The translations under genes and the position numbers were made by a program. The notes beneath the pieces were generated by a model, which made no database searches, was not told where the DNA came from, and saw only the letters and a program-made list of their open reading frames with translations. Below, one piece after another: positions 11,749 to 22,883 of a stretch of 62,483 nucleotides of DNA; the first letter of the stretch is position 1; each line of letters starts with the position of its first letter. The DNA comes from Phoronis australis (Eukaryota > Animalia > Phoronida), in assembly GCA_002633005.1 (NCBI GenBank), contig NMRA01000332.1, forward strand, positions 400,616 through 463,098, written 5' to 3'.

Positions 11749-14652
11749 TAGTCAAGTTCACTAATAATGTCCAAATTTTGACATTCATCGGAATTTGTTG
11801 GGAAAGTGGAAACTATACATTTTTGGAAACCTCATGGAATGACGAATCAGTAGTAATTGATTCCATTTTTTCGGTGGCCATCTTGACGGCCATCTTGTAT
11901 TTTCAAAAATGGCACCGGTAAAATGAATTTTGCCCAATATATCCGCCCTTGGATAACTGAGAATGTTAGTTTTTATGGCTACACCTGCAGTTCTGAAGTC
12001 AATGAATTGGAAATTTTAATTTTATTGGCGGCCATCTTGGTGGACATCTTGAAATTTCACAAATGGGGCCAGTGAAATACATTTTGCTCAGTAATTCTGC
12101 TCTTGGGTCACTAAGAATGCTAGTTTTAATGGCTGCACCCACATTTTGTGGGGTAAGGAATTGAAAAACACTATTTCTAAAATGATACATATAATCTAAA
12201 TGATTTTAGTAGCAGATACGAACCCCCAGAATATTTCAAGGAATCACAGAAACGCAGATTAACCTACATGTATACTTACAGTGTATATCTCAGTGACGGA
12301 TTTTGAGGGGGGCCAAGGGGGCCATGCCCCCCTAAAATTCTCCCAGATTCCATTTGGCAGTACCGGGGTGAGAATGTCTGACAGGCAAAATCCTTGCTAA
12401 TACTCTGCCCTGCCTCCCCCCAACTCAAAATCCTGGATCCGCCCCTGTATCTATATCTTTTTAAAAAGACATTGAGACATATCTTTTGAAGATTTCGTTA
12501 TTATTTCTACTGTTCACTTTGGAATCCAGTTCTCTTCTACCCAATGGAAACGCATTTTGCCTTTGACAGTCGGATGGCAGATAAGCTTGGCAGTAACCAG
12601 GCTGAGGATCAATGACGAGAACAACAGGAGTTGTAGCCAGCTGGGCAAATCGACCAGAAACATGCTATCAGCCACTATGAATTCACCCTAATACCAAGAG
12701 CAATCTTTGCTGCCAGTGGGGCAATGTTGTCATGCACAGACAAATCGAATCGAATCCACCATCTGCAGAAACTTTCCGAAGCAGACGTCTTAGAACAGGA
12801 CAGTCCTCAAGCTGCAAGAGAGGTTTTAGACCCAGAAAACATGTAAGCAACATCCAATGAGTGTGTTTACCTAAGCCACAAAACTGCACGTGCGGATAGT
12901 ATGGAAGTGATTTTCTTAACTAGAGATTATGACGATATCATTCTGGTTTTGACACCCACAAAGACAAGGCAGAGAAAGGGTCAAGTATAGTACCAGATAA
13001 GAGATGATACTTACATAAAGAACATCCCAATGAGCAGTTTCCTCTTCCATGACCAAAAAAAGCTCAACCTACTTAATATCTGTCTGCAAAGACACTTGAA
13101 TATAATAAAGACTCATCCAAGATAGCCATTACTTCAGCTTCAGGATGCACAATGAGCAACCAACGTGATCTACGCTTAGAACAAGCCGATCACGAAAAAG
13201 GCAGATGTATTGCTAATACACTGTACATCATGCAGTTCTGGCATCACATCAAAAGGTCCCTGATTCTCAGCTGATGCTTTCTTTTCACATGACATAGATT
13301 TACTGGTGCTCGTCATTGCCTATTATGACAGGCTTCTCAGAAATACTTCAGTCCCCATGGCATCTGGGATTGTGGACGTGAATCAAATATGGACGATATT
13401 AGGTGCTGTCCGGGTAAAGGTTCTTCCTGCTTTCCATGCTTTTACATGAACAGACAACACTGGTCCATACTGTAGGTTGAATATATATTTTGAAGGCAAA
13501 CGCCGATGATATCAATGCACAGCAATTTTTTTCTAGTCCTTACGAAGTAACAGGTGAACCTTTTTTTCACATTAGCCCCTTTTACATGTGCATACTCACC
13601 ACATGGTATAGACACAAATAGCATCCCAGAGCTGAGATGGTACCTCTTCTGTAAACATAGCTGACAGCGACAAACGTCCACCAACCATTGGTGCTTTGAA
13701 ACAGCATGTGCTGAGGGTGTGCCAGAGTGTGGGACCAGGCAGTCATTGCTATACAGGAGTTCCTTGATCCATTGCAGAATGAATTTACAAAGACAAAGAT
13801 GACCAGCTGAAACAATCACAACTGAGGAGCTTCTGGCGCCAAGGGCTATCATTGATATGGTTAGATGCCAGTGTAAAAACAATTCTTCTTCCCAAAGATG
13901 TTCTTGCCTATCAAAGGTACCTATCTTACGCAGATCTATGTCAGTATAGTGCAGAATGTCAGAATAGTGATGATGATGTGATTCCTGGTGACACTGATAG
14001 CTATAGTAATGATCTATAGACTGATTTCAAAGTTTTGAAAGACTGTTGACACTACAAAAAAAACATACTTTCATGTTCTTCAGACGTAAATAATTTGTTT
14101 AGGTACTGCTTTAGTTTTAAGTGTCTCGAAGGAAACAAGTTCCGAACAAAATATACAAGAAAGTAAGATAATGATCATGTGTCGGATTACATGAAGAATG
14201 CATTTAGAAAATGTGGCTGCTAATAAATGGGGTTTTGATTATGTTTCTCATTTAATAAGTTGCATTTTCAGATTTCTTGACCACAAAAATGTGGGTGCAG
14301 CCATTAAAACTAAAATTCTAAGTGACCCAAGAGCAAAGATACTGAGGAAAATGTATTTTACGGGCGCCATTTTTAAAAATTGAAGGTGGCTGCCAAGATG
14401 GCGCCCAAGAATTAAAATTTCCAATTCCTTGACCTGAGAAATTCTGGTGTAGCCATAAAAACCAACATTTTAAGTTACCCAAAAGTGGAGATATTCGGCA
14501 AAATCCATTTCACCGGCGCCATTTTTGAAAATGCAAGATGGCCGCCAAGATGGCCTCCAAAAATGGAATCAATTATTTTCTGATTTTTCATTCCATGAGG
14601 TTTCCAAAAATGTATAGTTTCCACTTTCCCCAAAAAATTCCAACAAAATGAC
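11749..14652 (+). mobile_element. Decayed AcademX-like DNA transposon with ~400-bp terminal inverted repeats
   Basis: 11790-12200 is the inverted counterpart of ~14237-14640, and the left end starts with TAG. Internal + strand relic with stops and frameshifts: DHEK/ADVLLI...FSHDIDLLVLVIAYYDRL...LPAFHAFT*TDNTG (the HEEAD..DTD..FHAFTGCD XPG/PIN-like motif set) and a C-terminal VRCQCK...QRCSC...DLCQ...CQN Cys cluster. Confidence 0.8.
12291..12447 (+). mobile_element. 157-bp MITE, family C, nested in the Academ element
   Basis: TIRs CAGTGACGGATTTTG / CTGGATCCGCCCCTG. Exact 5-bp TSD TATCT (12286-12290, 12448-12452). Second copy at 26696-26855. Confidence 0.8.
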
Positions 14653-15141
14653 ATAACAAACTTGAATAATTGTCGGTACAGTAGTCATGCACCGGCGCCT
14701 ACGCTTTGAATAGACTGACTACTTCATCAGGTATTTGCGACGCTAGTGTCTAAAGTCTATTGAACGCTGCACAGTTCTGTCACACGATAATAGGGCCATG
14801 TACGTACCGCATGAGAAATAGTGATGATTTATGAAGCGACTTCTCACAAGACTGTCCAGCACATTGACCTTAGTATGGTTCAGAGAATTGTACATTTACC
14901 TCGCCATCCATTGGCTGGAAATAATCCATTGTAGATTCTCACTTATCAGTCAACAGTAAACAAAAAGGCCCAAATGATCGGGTGTCTGAATCTACGGTAA
15001 AACTTACTCACTATAGTTGCGCTGATGGGCATTTTTCAGCAAATGCATTTTGAAAGATGGTTGTCGGTCCATTAACGTCTCACTCAGATAAAAATCCAAT
15101 GACTTCACTGAAAATTTGGATACATGTATACATGTAAACTT

Positions 15142-15369
15142 GGGGCTCGCTCCGGCCACGAAACTGACTTAGTATCAATTTTGACTTTGAAAAGACGTGT
15201 CTCAACTTGAAACTTTGAAAGTTCCCCATCTGTCAAAAACTTAAGTCCAACTTAAAAATCGTTGTTGAAACGTACGTGTACTATAGACAAATTTATGGTT
15301 TATCTTAAAATTGACTAAAATTTAGCTTTTGTCTTAGCAAAGTCGGTTTTCTTGGAACGGCCGGGCCCC
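15142..15369. mobile_element. Harbinger-like MITE, family D
   Basis: Ends GGGGCTCG...GAAACTGACTTAG and CTTAGC..TTTTCTTGGAACGG..GGGCCCCTG. Related copies at ~24130-24377 and ~43324-43595. Confidence 0.55.
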
Positions 15370-15901
15370 TGGGTTTCCAAGACGCAAGAATCTGGCAAGT
15401 AAAGTACTGTGAGTCATACACAATCTCGCTCTTTGGCGAGTTTCTTCAGTTGAGTGCATGGTACCCATGCATTGACTTGTAAGTGGTGAGATTTAACGCC
15501 GGACGACGGGTGCCTTGAGAATCCTTCTCCGCACATAATATTTGCTGAAAGGTAATGCACTCATTCATTCATGCATTTCTAACTCAGTTCAATGTTTTAT
15601 TCTCGTGTTATTGTGGCATGTAGTTGTCGCACGACAAGTATCAATGGAGCGTGCTTTGAGAGCTCAACTTCATCAGATATACATCAAATAAGTTTAACGG
15701 ACCTGAGGCTCAAGTGAAGAGTGCTGTTTTCCGCCACATTCTTTACTAGTCACAAAGATTTGCATCGTACCACCGAGCCGACAACAGTCCCATAATGCAT
15801 TTGAAAAACGACAGCACCATCTGAATGAACACTATTGGAACGTCATCTACTGTGATGTAAAATGAGAATATATCCCAGGGTAGCTGGATACGCTAAACAT
15901 C

Positions 15902-16243
15902 ATGAATGACCAACCGCCAAGAGACACGCCACAAGCTATATTTATAAGTGCGCAACCCGTGGGGTTTTCCGGTCAACCGGGTGGCCTAAGTCCGCAGCTA
16001 CCAGTCGTTTTTGACCTTCTACCGACAAAAACAAAGTGCATGTACTGCCAGTCAGAAATCGTGACCCAAACTCGACACGTTGTTGGTACAAGCACGTGGC
16101 TAGCATGCTGTGGACTTAGCACGACGTTATGTCTGTTGTTTGGATGCCAGTTCATTCCGTTCTGTATTAAATCTTGCAAAGACGTCGAGCATTCATGCCC
16201 CAGCTGCAAGCGCGTCATTGGTCTACGAGAGAGGTTACTGTGA
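15902..16243 (+). CDS. LITAF: LITAF/SIMPLE-like domain protein (113 aa, single coding exon)
   Basis: CxxC (CMYC), hydrophobic Cys-rich middle (TWLACCGL...GCQFIPFC), KDVEHSCPSC (HxCxxC) and terminal IG. AATAAA signals at ~16414 and ~16433. Confidence 0.9.
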   Translation: MNDQPPRDTPQAIFISAQPVGFSGQPGGLSPQLPVVFDLLPTKTKCMYCQSEIVTQTRHVVGTSTWLACCGLSTTLCLLFGCQFIPFCIKSCKDVEHSCPSCKRVIGLRERLL

Positions 16244-17906
16244 TGGAGATGTCGGCCAACCTCTTCATACAGCACAGATTGAAGTAAAGCAAGATGACGT
16301 GCAATTGCCGAATCTGAAGTGCCTAGTAGACTTTGGGAGTAGTGGGGTGAAAATAGTGAATGAAAATATAGATTTTGAATTTTTTCGCAACTTTTTAAAG
16401 CGGATATAATCCTAATAAAGTGCACTTTGCACAATAAACCCTTTCAAAGTAAATGTTTCAGAATGAGCCGGGGCCTAATTTTCGCAAAAAGATAAACACT
16501 AGAATAACAGTACGCTCTTTGATGGTCTTCCGTCTGCTATTCCGACAGAGGTGACGGATGCTGTTTATCTAATTGGCAGTTTTCTCCGCCTTAATCGGAT
16601 TTTGCAGTCCCCGGCGGGTGGAATCTTTACGTATAGCCCTAAGAGGGAGTTTGGCTGCGGCACATTTTTGGCCTTCCTATAACTTAAGTGAACTAATTCA
16701 TATCAATACCCTTCCCTTTATGGTACAAATCCTAGTACCATAAACACGCCTATAAAACGTGTAACGTGCCCAGACCTGAAAAGTGACCATTTGTTTACGT
16801 TGAATTTTGTTGAAACATGCGTAGGCTTTCCAAAATTCTGTTAGATGCTCCAATTCGGAAACTACGAAGCGTTTTCTTGAGTCGCTTATGGTTTCGTTGT
16901 TTCTTTGGAAATGGAAACAAGGTCCTATTCCAGTAAGGAGGCATTCTTCACAAAGTGGCTGTAAGCCACGGCCTGGAAGTCAACTTTTGATTAAACCACC
17001 CACTGCTATGAAACTGGTCTCAACTAATTTGTTTCTTACTCAGGTGAGAAGTGATCTCTCGGTTTGAAAAAAAATGACAGTTTGTTTTCCTCGAGATCAC
17101 GATTGGCGCAGTAACATGACAGGACCGGACAAATGGGCTTAGAGACTGGTATCAAACAACAAGTGTCAGTTCTCTTGAAACCCTGACATCGCCTCAAACA
17201 CGAACGGATAACTCGAGACCAGTTTTATAAAAAAGTAAAACTCTAAATCAAAAGTCGTTTTTTGTGAGAGAAGACCATGGTTTGTTAATTTATTTGGATT
17301 TCATTCGGTGTGATTCGCTTTTTTGGCAATTGGACAACACTTAGTGTGAGAGGTAAACCTGTGGTCGGTTCGATGATAAATCAGACAGCAGATACTTATA
17401 CTAAGAATTATAACTTGTAATACAAACTATTTCAACAAGTGGTGGAAAGGACAACTTCCTAAAATCCCCACAAGCTATATACATAAGCAAAACAAGTGAC
17501 CAATCAGACACGAGTACTAGAAAAGAAGTGGCCAATAGGAAAATGACAAGGTAAACAAGTGAAATGGTCAGCACTAAGAAAGACCAAAGGGCGAAGACTG
17601 ATCCCTAGCAGCAAATGAAGTTAAGCATCAATGAAAATATCCAATTAGTGACAGTAGGCCCCTATGTGCAGCAGGAAACCATAGAAATGCAAATGAACAT
17701 GCTAATGAACAAACTGTCTCACCCAGGGCTAGGATATATTTTCCGGAACAGAGAGCTTGGAGATGCAGTTAACCAAGATTTTTACCAGGTCTATCAAGCT
17801 CAACAAAGAACAAAACCTGTCGGGTCACCAACTTGCATATTGCTGCTGTTCAGAAGTAACCAACGTCGTTTGGCCACCACGGATACCTTTTGTTCGCAGC
17901 CGCTGT

Positions 17907-19664
17907 CTACGATCTCTCTGAATTCAGAATATGCTCGGCTTTCTTCAGCAGCTCCTGCTTGGAAACCTTGCACCTAACACCAACTATCGGGAACTGATCC
18001 ACAAACACGAATTGATCCGGTACGGACAACTCAGGCAGATTAGCTTTACAGTAGACAAGAAGTTCTTCCTTTGTCATTTGAACGCCTTGATTTAACGTGA
18101 TACACAGAATCATTTCGTCACCGATCACGTCATCTGGACGAGAAACCACCATTGCGTCTGCAACTTTTGGGTGTTTAACCATGCAATGTTCTGTTGGACC
18201 TGGGTATACTACTTTCAGGTATCTTTTAAGGAAAATTGCATCTTGTCTCCTACCCAGGAAAGTCACAATTCCAGTGCAGTCCATAGTTCCTGCATCTCCA
18301 GTGTGGAACCATCCGTTGCGAAGAACCTTGGCAGTTTTTTCGGGATCGTTCCAGTACCCAGGAGTGACAGACCAGCCTCGGACACAAATCTCTCCATCCT
18401 CACCAACTGGAACAATGTGCCCATTGTCGTCTACTAATTTTATCTCTAAATGGTCGACAGCTCTCCCAACATGTGAAAAGCGTTCTTCGGGAGTTCCGTC
18501 TTCATTTGTCATTCGCGTAACGAACAAACACTCCGACAGAGAGTAGACGTTGCAAATCTTGGGGAACATCTGGAGTAGATACTTCGCAAGAAAGGAAGAC
18601 ACTCTTTGACCAGTTAATACACCTCCACGAAGCGAGGACAGGTTGTACTTGCTTAAGTTGGAACAATTCATCATTTTCAAATGATAGGGTGGCCAGAGAA
18701 CAGCATCGACGCACCTCTCAAGTTCCAAAACTTTAAGCATGTGCTCGTCCGGATCACAATGATTCGTTCTCAGAGCTCCAGGAAGAAATACTGTTCTCAG
18801 GTTATTCTTAGCCGTGACACCAATACCAGTAATGAAAAAGGTAGCCGATTCAGAGACCCATATATTCATGCTAGCAAAAACGTGTGCTTCCTCGTTATCT
18901 CTCAAATGACGGCTGCCAAGAAGGTCTCTCTCAGAGAATAGTAGACAAAAGTTTCCGGCATTAACAACCTGCCTGTGGATACAACCCACCAGTTTAGGAA
19001 CACCTGTGCTTCCAGATGTCGTCACCAGATACAAAGTGTCTTCCATTGACACGTCATCAGCGGCATCTCGCAGTGCGTCGTCTGTGATGTTTTCGCCTAT
19101 CCCTTGTAGGACCTCCAAGCTTTCGATATTTTTGGACTTGATTTTCGTGTCTCGACTAAAGGCACCCGTTTGACAAAAGATACGTTGGATGTTTGCGCAG
19201 TAGGTATCCGTGCCTGTGTTGAACAAAACTTTGGAAATTTCGTGGAATATTTCGCCATCATTTTGCGGTCCCACAACAAGCAATTTACATTGCGACTTGG
19301 TGACTCGGTGGAAAAATTCGGAATCATACGGAATAAAATATGGTCCCGCTTGAACAACAACGCCTATGTAGGATGCAGCGAAGTACAAATACACCCAATC
19401 GGCGGACGTCATTCCGCTCATACACATGACGTCACCCTTCTTTAAACCAATAGCCAGCATTCCTTTCGCGTAGCCACGAGCCATGTTCCACAGTTTCTTG
19501 AAATGAATCCGTTCCTTGGTGTCACAAACAACGAAGACCACGTGATCAGGAACTTCTCGTGCTGCTTCGTCCAGGAGCTGACCGATCGTAGACCCCGCTA
19601 GTGGCCTGTTACTTGCCTCATGCCAATAGCTCATCGATATTTCTCTTTTTGTCACGTCTTCCAT
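17907..19664 (-). CDS. AMP-binding (ANL superfamily) acyl-CoA synthetase, ACSF2-like, intronless, 585 aa
   Basis: Long open ORF with N-terminal SYWH...TIGQLLD (ACSF2-like), P-loop TTSGSTGVPK, YSLSE, GEICVRGWSVTPGYWNDPEKT, GWFHTGD, GRRQD, HPKVADA and a C-terminal Lys (RCKVSK). Confidence 0.92.
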   Translation of the reverse strand: MEDVTKREISMSYWHEASNRPLAGSTIGQLLDEAAREVPDHVVFVVCDTKERIHFKKLWNMARGYAKGMLAIGLKKGDVMCMSGMTSADWVYLYFAASYIGVVVQAGPYFIPYDSEFFHRVTKSQCKLLVVGPQNDGEIFHEISKVLFNTGTDTYCANIQRIFCQTGAFSRDTKIKSKNIESLEVLQGIGENITDDALRDAADDVSMEDTLYLVTTSGSTGVPKLVGCIHRQVVNAGNFCLLFSERDLLGSRHLRDNEEAHVFASMNIWVSESATFFITGIGVTAKNNLRTVFLPGALRTNHCDPDEHMLKVLELERCVDAVLWPPYHLKMMNCSNLSKYNLSSLRGGVLTGQRVSSFLAKYLLQMFPKICNVYSLSECLFVTRMTNEDGTPEERFSHVGRAVDHLEIKLVDDNGHIVPVGEDGEICVRGWSVTPGYWNDPEKTAKVLRNGWFHTGDAGTMDCTGIVTFLGRRQDAIFLKRYLKVVYPGPTEHCMVKHPKVADAMVVSRPDDVIGDEMILCITLNQGVQMTKEELLVYCKANLPELSVPDQFVFVDQFPIVGVRCKVSKQELLKKAEHILNSERS

Positions 19665-20589
19665 CTTTTACGAACCATTCGTTTACCTACTTCCAATGCC
19701 GTTGTGTCGCTGTTTTACGGTTGACCTACAATGTATATACATACACCAGTCCACAGGGTACTACTGCATCGCTTAATGGCAGAGGTTGATTACACGTCAC
19801 ATCGGTGACCTTGCCTCAGTTCAAGAAACTTCGATTGCATTGTTATGATGAAGGCAGCAGCTCGTGTAAGTCGTTTGACCAATGTCAAGAGAAGCTAGTA
19901 CTGTGGGAGCGAGTGAAGTGGCAGTCTTCCGGAAAGAGGTCGCGGCACCCGAAAATGTAGGGGAAATAAACCCGCGGTCGGTACGATGATCAAACTGTCT
20001 AAAAGTATACTTACAGTGTGACGGGAACGCTGTCTATTGGTTGAGCCCTGCAAGTCCTTACTGGCCTTGTTCATTTTATTGGGAGCGCCTATGTACAGAC
20101 AGTAGGCGAATCCCACATTTGGCACTTTCTTTGACGAAATTTTGTGATACATTTTTATTGGCTATTGCGTTTGACTTTAGACTCCTAAATTGGCGCATTT
20201 TGGAACATTCTAAACACAGAATTGTGTACTGTGACGAGAGCACCGTCTATTGATGGAGTCGTGAGTTAAGTCGAGTCTTCAGACTATGTTTAGTTCCAGA
20301 AGCTAGAGTGGGTTATTATATTTTAAAGGAGTGTATGTTGGTCCATTCCGTTATTTGGTACTTCCGATGACGAAATTTTCACTTTGTATTTTGATTGGTT
20401 TTTGCGTTTAACTTGAGACCCCTATTTTGGCGTAATTTTCGAATATTCGCGGTTTGTCATTTTCTTTAAATTCCAGAAATTATTCATTTAAAATAACGTT
20501 CTACTTTGGGAATTTTCAAAGTGCTATTAGTAAATGAAGTGTTTGAAAGTTAATAGCCTATTCAATCATCATGGCCACTGGTGATAACC

Positions 20590-20771
20590 TAAAATTGAGC
20601 TTCATAACGAGATTGATTCATAATTTACTTGCAAAGTTGACCCATCGTATCTGCGAATCTTCCCTAGCCACCGTCTTACTAATTCTTAGTCAGTGTGAAA
20701 TTGATGAAATGACAAAAGGCTTTGTTTCTTCCTTGGTTATTTGTGCAGCAAGAGACACAGCCGTGTGCCAT
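20590..20771 (-). pseudogene. Decayed THAP zinc-finger coding fragment (transposon-derived)
   Basis: MAHGCVSCCTNNQGRNKA/(frameshift)LSFHQFHTD*ELVRRWLGKIRRYDGSTLQV matches the THAP pattern M..C.V..C.N...SFH.FP.D...R..W...I.R. Confidence 0.55.
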
Positions 20772-21536
20772 TGTTTATGTAGAGATTCAATGTGAACAGA
20801 CAGCTTCCTGTACACATAGGTGGCACTGAACAGTTACGCTACTGCAACGGCCAATTTGCATTCCCAAAATATTAAAGTCTAGGGGTAGGCCAGGCTTGGG
20901 GGCATTTTTAGTTAGGTATTGCATGAAGGCCAAATGAATGTGGTTTGTTTGTATTTGTGAACATGCTGAGAATAAAAAAGGCCAATTGCTCCGCTGTAGC
21001 TGCACTCTTCTTCAAGATGGTGGGCCCCTGTTGCAATTGTGCATTGCTGTCTAGCAACTGAGAAATTGGCCGCGCTTTCAGGTAGCCCTGAAACAAGCCA
21101 GATTTTCAAAAAAAACTAGTTGGTTGACAGTACTTTTGGAAATCATTTTTGGAATTGGTAGGAAAGTTGTTAACGGAATCTATTGTCGGCTTTAGTATTG
21201 GCAAGGAAGTGGTGGTTTTGGGGTGAAAAGTGCCGATTTTGCAATTTTTTCCACCATTTTTCTTAACTTAGGTTGGTTTTCAGTGGGATTGAAAGGGTCA
21301 AAAATACAAGAGAGAATAAAGTTTGCGTGCTCATCTGTAAGGCTTGTGATGTGAAATGACTCAAAACTTTTCTTTATTTCCATGCAGTTTTTGACAGGGT
21401 GAAGAAAAGGTGAAGAGTCCATTGACGTGTGTTCTGATAGGCAAACCCCTGTGAGAAGTGTTCTGTGCCTCCTTAGCAGTACTAGCCTCCTTCTGGGATT
21501 GGAATGTGAGTCATGCATAAATTTTGAAAAGGCCTA

Positions 21537-21732
21537 TTGGCGTCTCACTTGAGTGCTAAAATCAGGTTTCAAATAAAGGACTGATAGGATATTATGGTTC
21601 TGAGTAGGTGCAGTCCTTCCTTACAGCTGTCACGTTACTCATTCAAAGCGTAAGCTACGCTTGCCCGTTTGGCAGACTTTGCAAGGAATTTTCAAATTTT
21701 GTACCAAGCATTCAGTAGGATGTAGAGGTTTC
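21537..21732 (+). repeat. Dispersed repeat family E
   Basis: The core ...CACGCTTGCCCGTTT(A/G)GCAGACTTTG... recurs at ~26570-26690, ~26887-27152 and ~57258-57428. Confidence 0.7.
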
Positions 21733-22029
21733 ATCGGTAGCAGATGTGGAGGTTTATGAAGTTTCTAGGTATCAGCACAGTGTCAAGGAAGAATTTGGTG
21801 AAGACAGGGATGAGCTCAGCTGAAGAGGCGTCGTCGTGGCTATGGTTCCAGCGAGACAACAGGTGGCACTCCAAGTGATGACCGAAGCCTGATCAACTTC
21901 AGGGAACCGGCATCCAAGATGATTCTAGAGTAGGGGTCGAAATTTTCGATGATGATGCGTTCAAGCTGATGACAGCACTTAGAGCAGCAGCACCCAACAA
22001 CTGTGTTTCAGGTAATTTTTAATTTATTC

Positions 22030-22883
22030 CATCACAATACACTAACCGGAAGCCTAATTTGCTATGTTTAGAGGGTGGCGTTTCCTCTAAGATATTTTTG
22101 AAAGAAAATGTCGGAGCTGCGAATATGATGTCTGTAATCTATGATTCCAAATAATTTGGATTGTTGCTGAGTTTAGCTCATGAAAATTGATTTGGCGAAT
22201 GGCAGCATTTTTTTTGACAAGTTCTACCAGTTCTTGCCTTTCTGTCTATTGCAAGACCCTTCTTTATTAATTGCACAACTATCTCATTGCCTGCTAACTT
22301 TTCAAGAGCTTGTGTCACATTATCAGTGATTTGAAGTTTACTCCTTTGAAATAAAGGTTTCCTTTCAGATACTCAGAGCAGCGCTTTCAAGTTTTGATGT
22401 ACAGCACACAGTTTGGACGGGAACTGAAGACAATCTATATTTTCAGGTTTGAACTTTAGCAAGCCTGCATTCAGCTAAATGAAATGTCTACAGGACTATT
22501 GTAATTCTTCACTTATATCGCGCTAAAATAGTTTCTAAAATTGTCATTTTTCAGTCTTTTTACTTTGCAATCAATAATAAAAATTTACCAAAAGTTTGTT
22601 TCGTGAGATTTTTACAGTACAAACGATGCTATTAATGGACTAAAATTGTCTTAACATTTGTGAAGAAATTTGACAAAATGAAATTTCTCTTGTTGGCCAT
22701 GTTGTGTGCTAAGTACTAGTAAGTACAGATTGAACATAAATGTGTTCGTACCGTCACAATAAGTTGGGAGGTTTTCTGTTGTTCACTTATGGTAGATAAG
22801 TACATTCCTCTAATGCAAATGCCGTCATCGTGTGACTATATTGCTCTGATGTCTTCGTGAAGACTTGTGGTACCGCGTGCAGC
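22030..22883 (-). pseudogene. Decayed protein-kinase-like fragment, copy 1
   Basis: Minus strand, in the correct order: LH..V/LHEDIRA/NIV (subdomain VIb-like), YNSPVDI-SF (IX-like), QLIKKGLAIDRKAR (XI-like). Many stops and frameshifts. Homologous to 30617-31572. Confidence 0.45.

Noticed and set aside
14695-14735. Hammerhead-like CUGAUGA-AGUAG-ucagu-CUAUU-CAAA-GCGUA on the minus strand
   Set aside because: The essential G of GAAA is missing and helix I is not formed. At best it is a decayed relic.
15973-16434. 153-aa minus-strand ORF overlapping LITAF
   Set aside because: Antisense shadow of a real CDS, with no recognisable motifs.
18097-19445. Several plus-strand ORFs over the synthetase
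   Set aside because: Antisense shadows of the 585-aa CDS.
21770-22012. Coding-looking, GC-richer stretch ending in CAG|GTAATT
   Set aside because: All three frames contain stops and I recognise no family.
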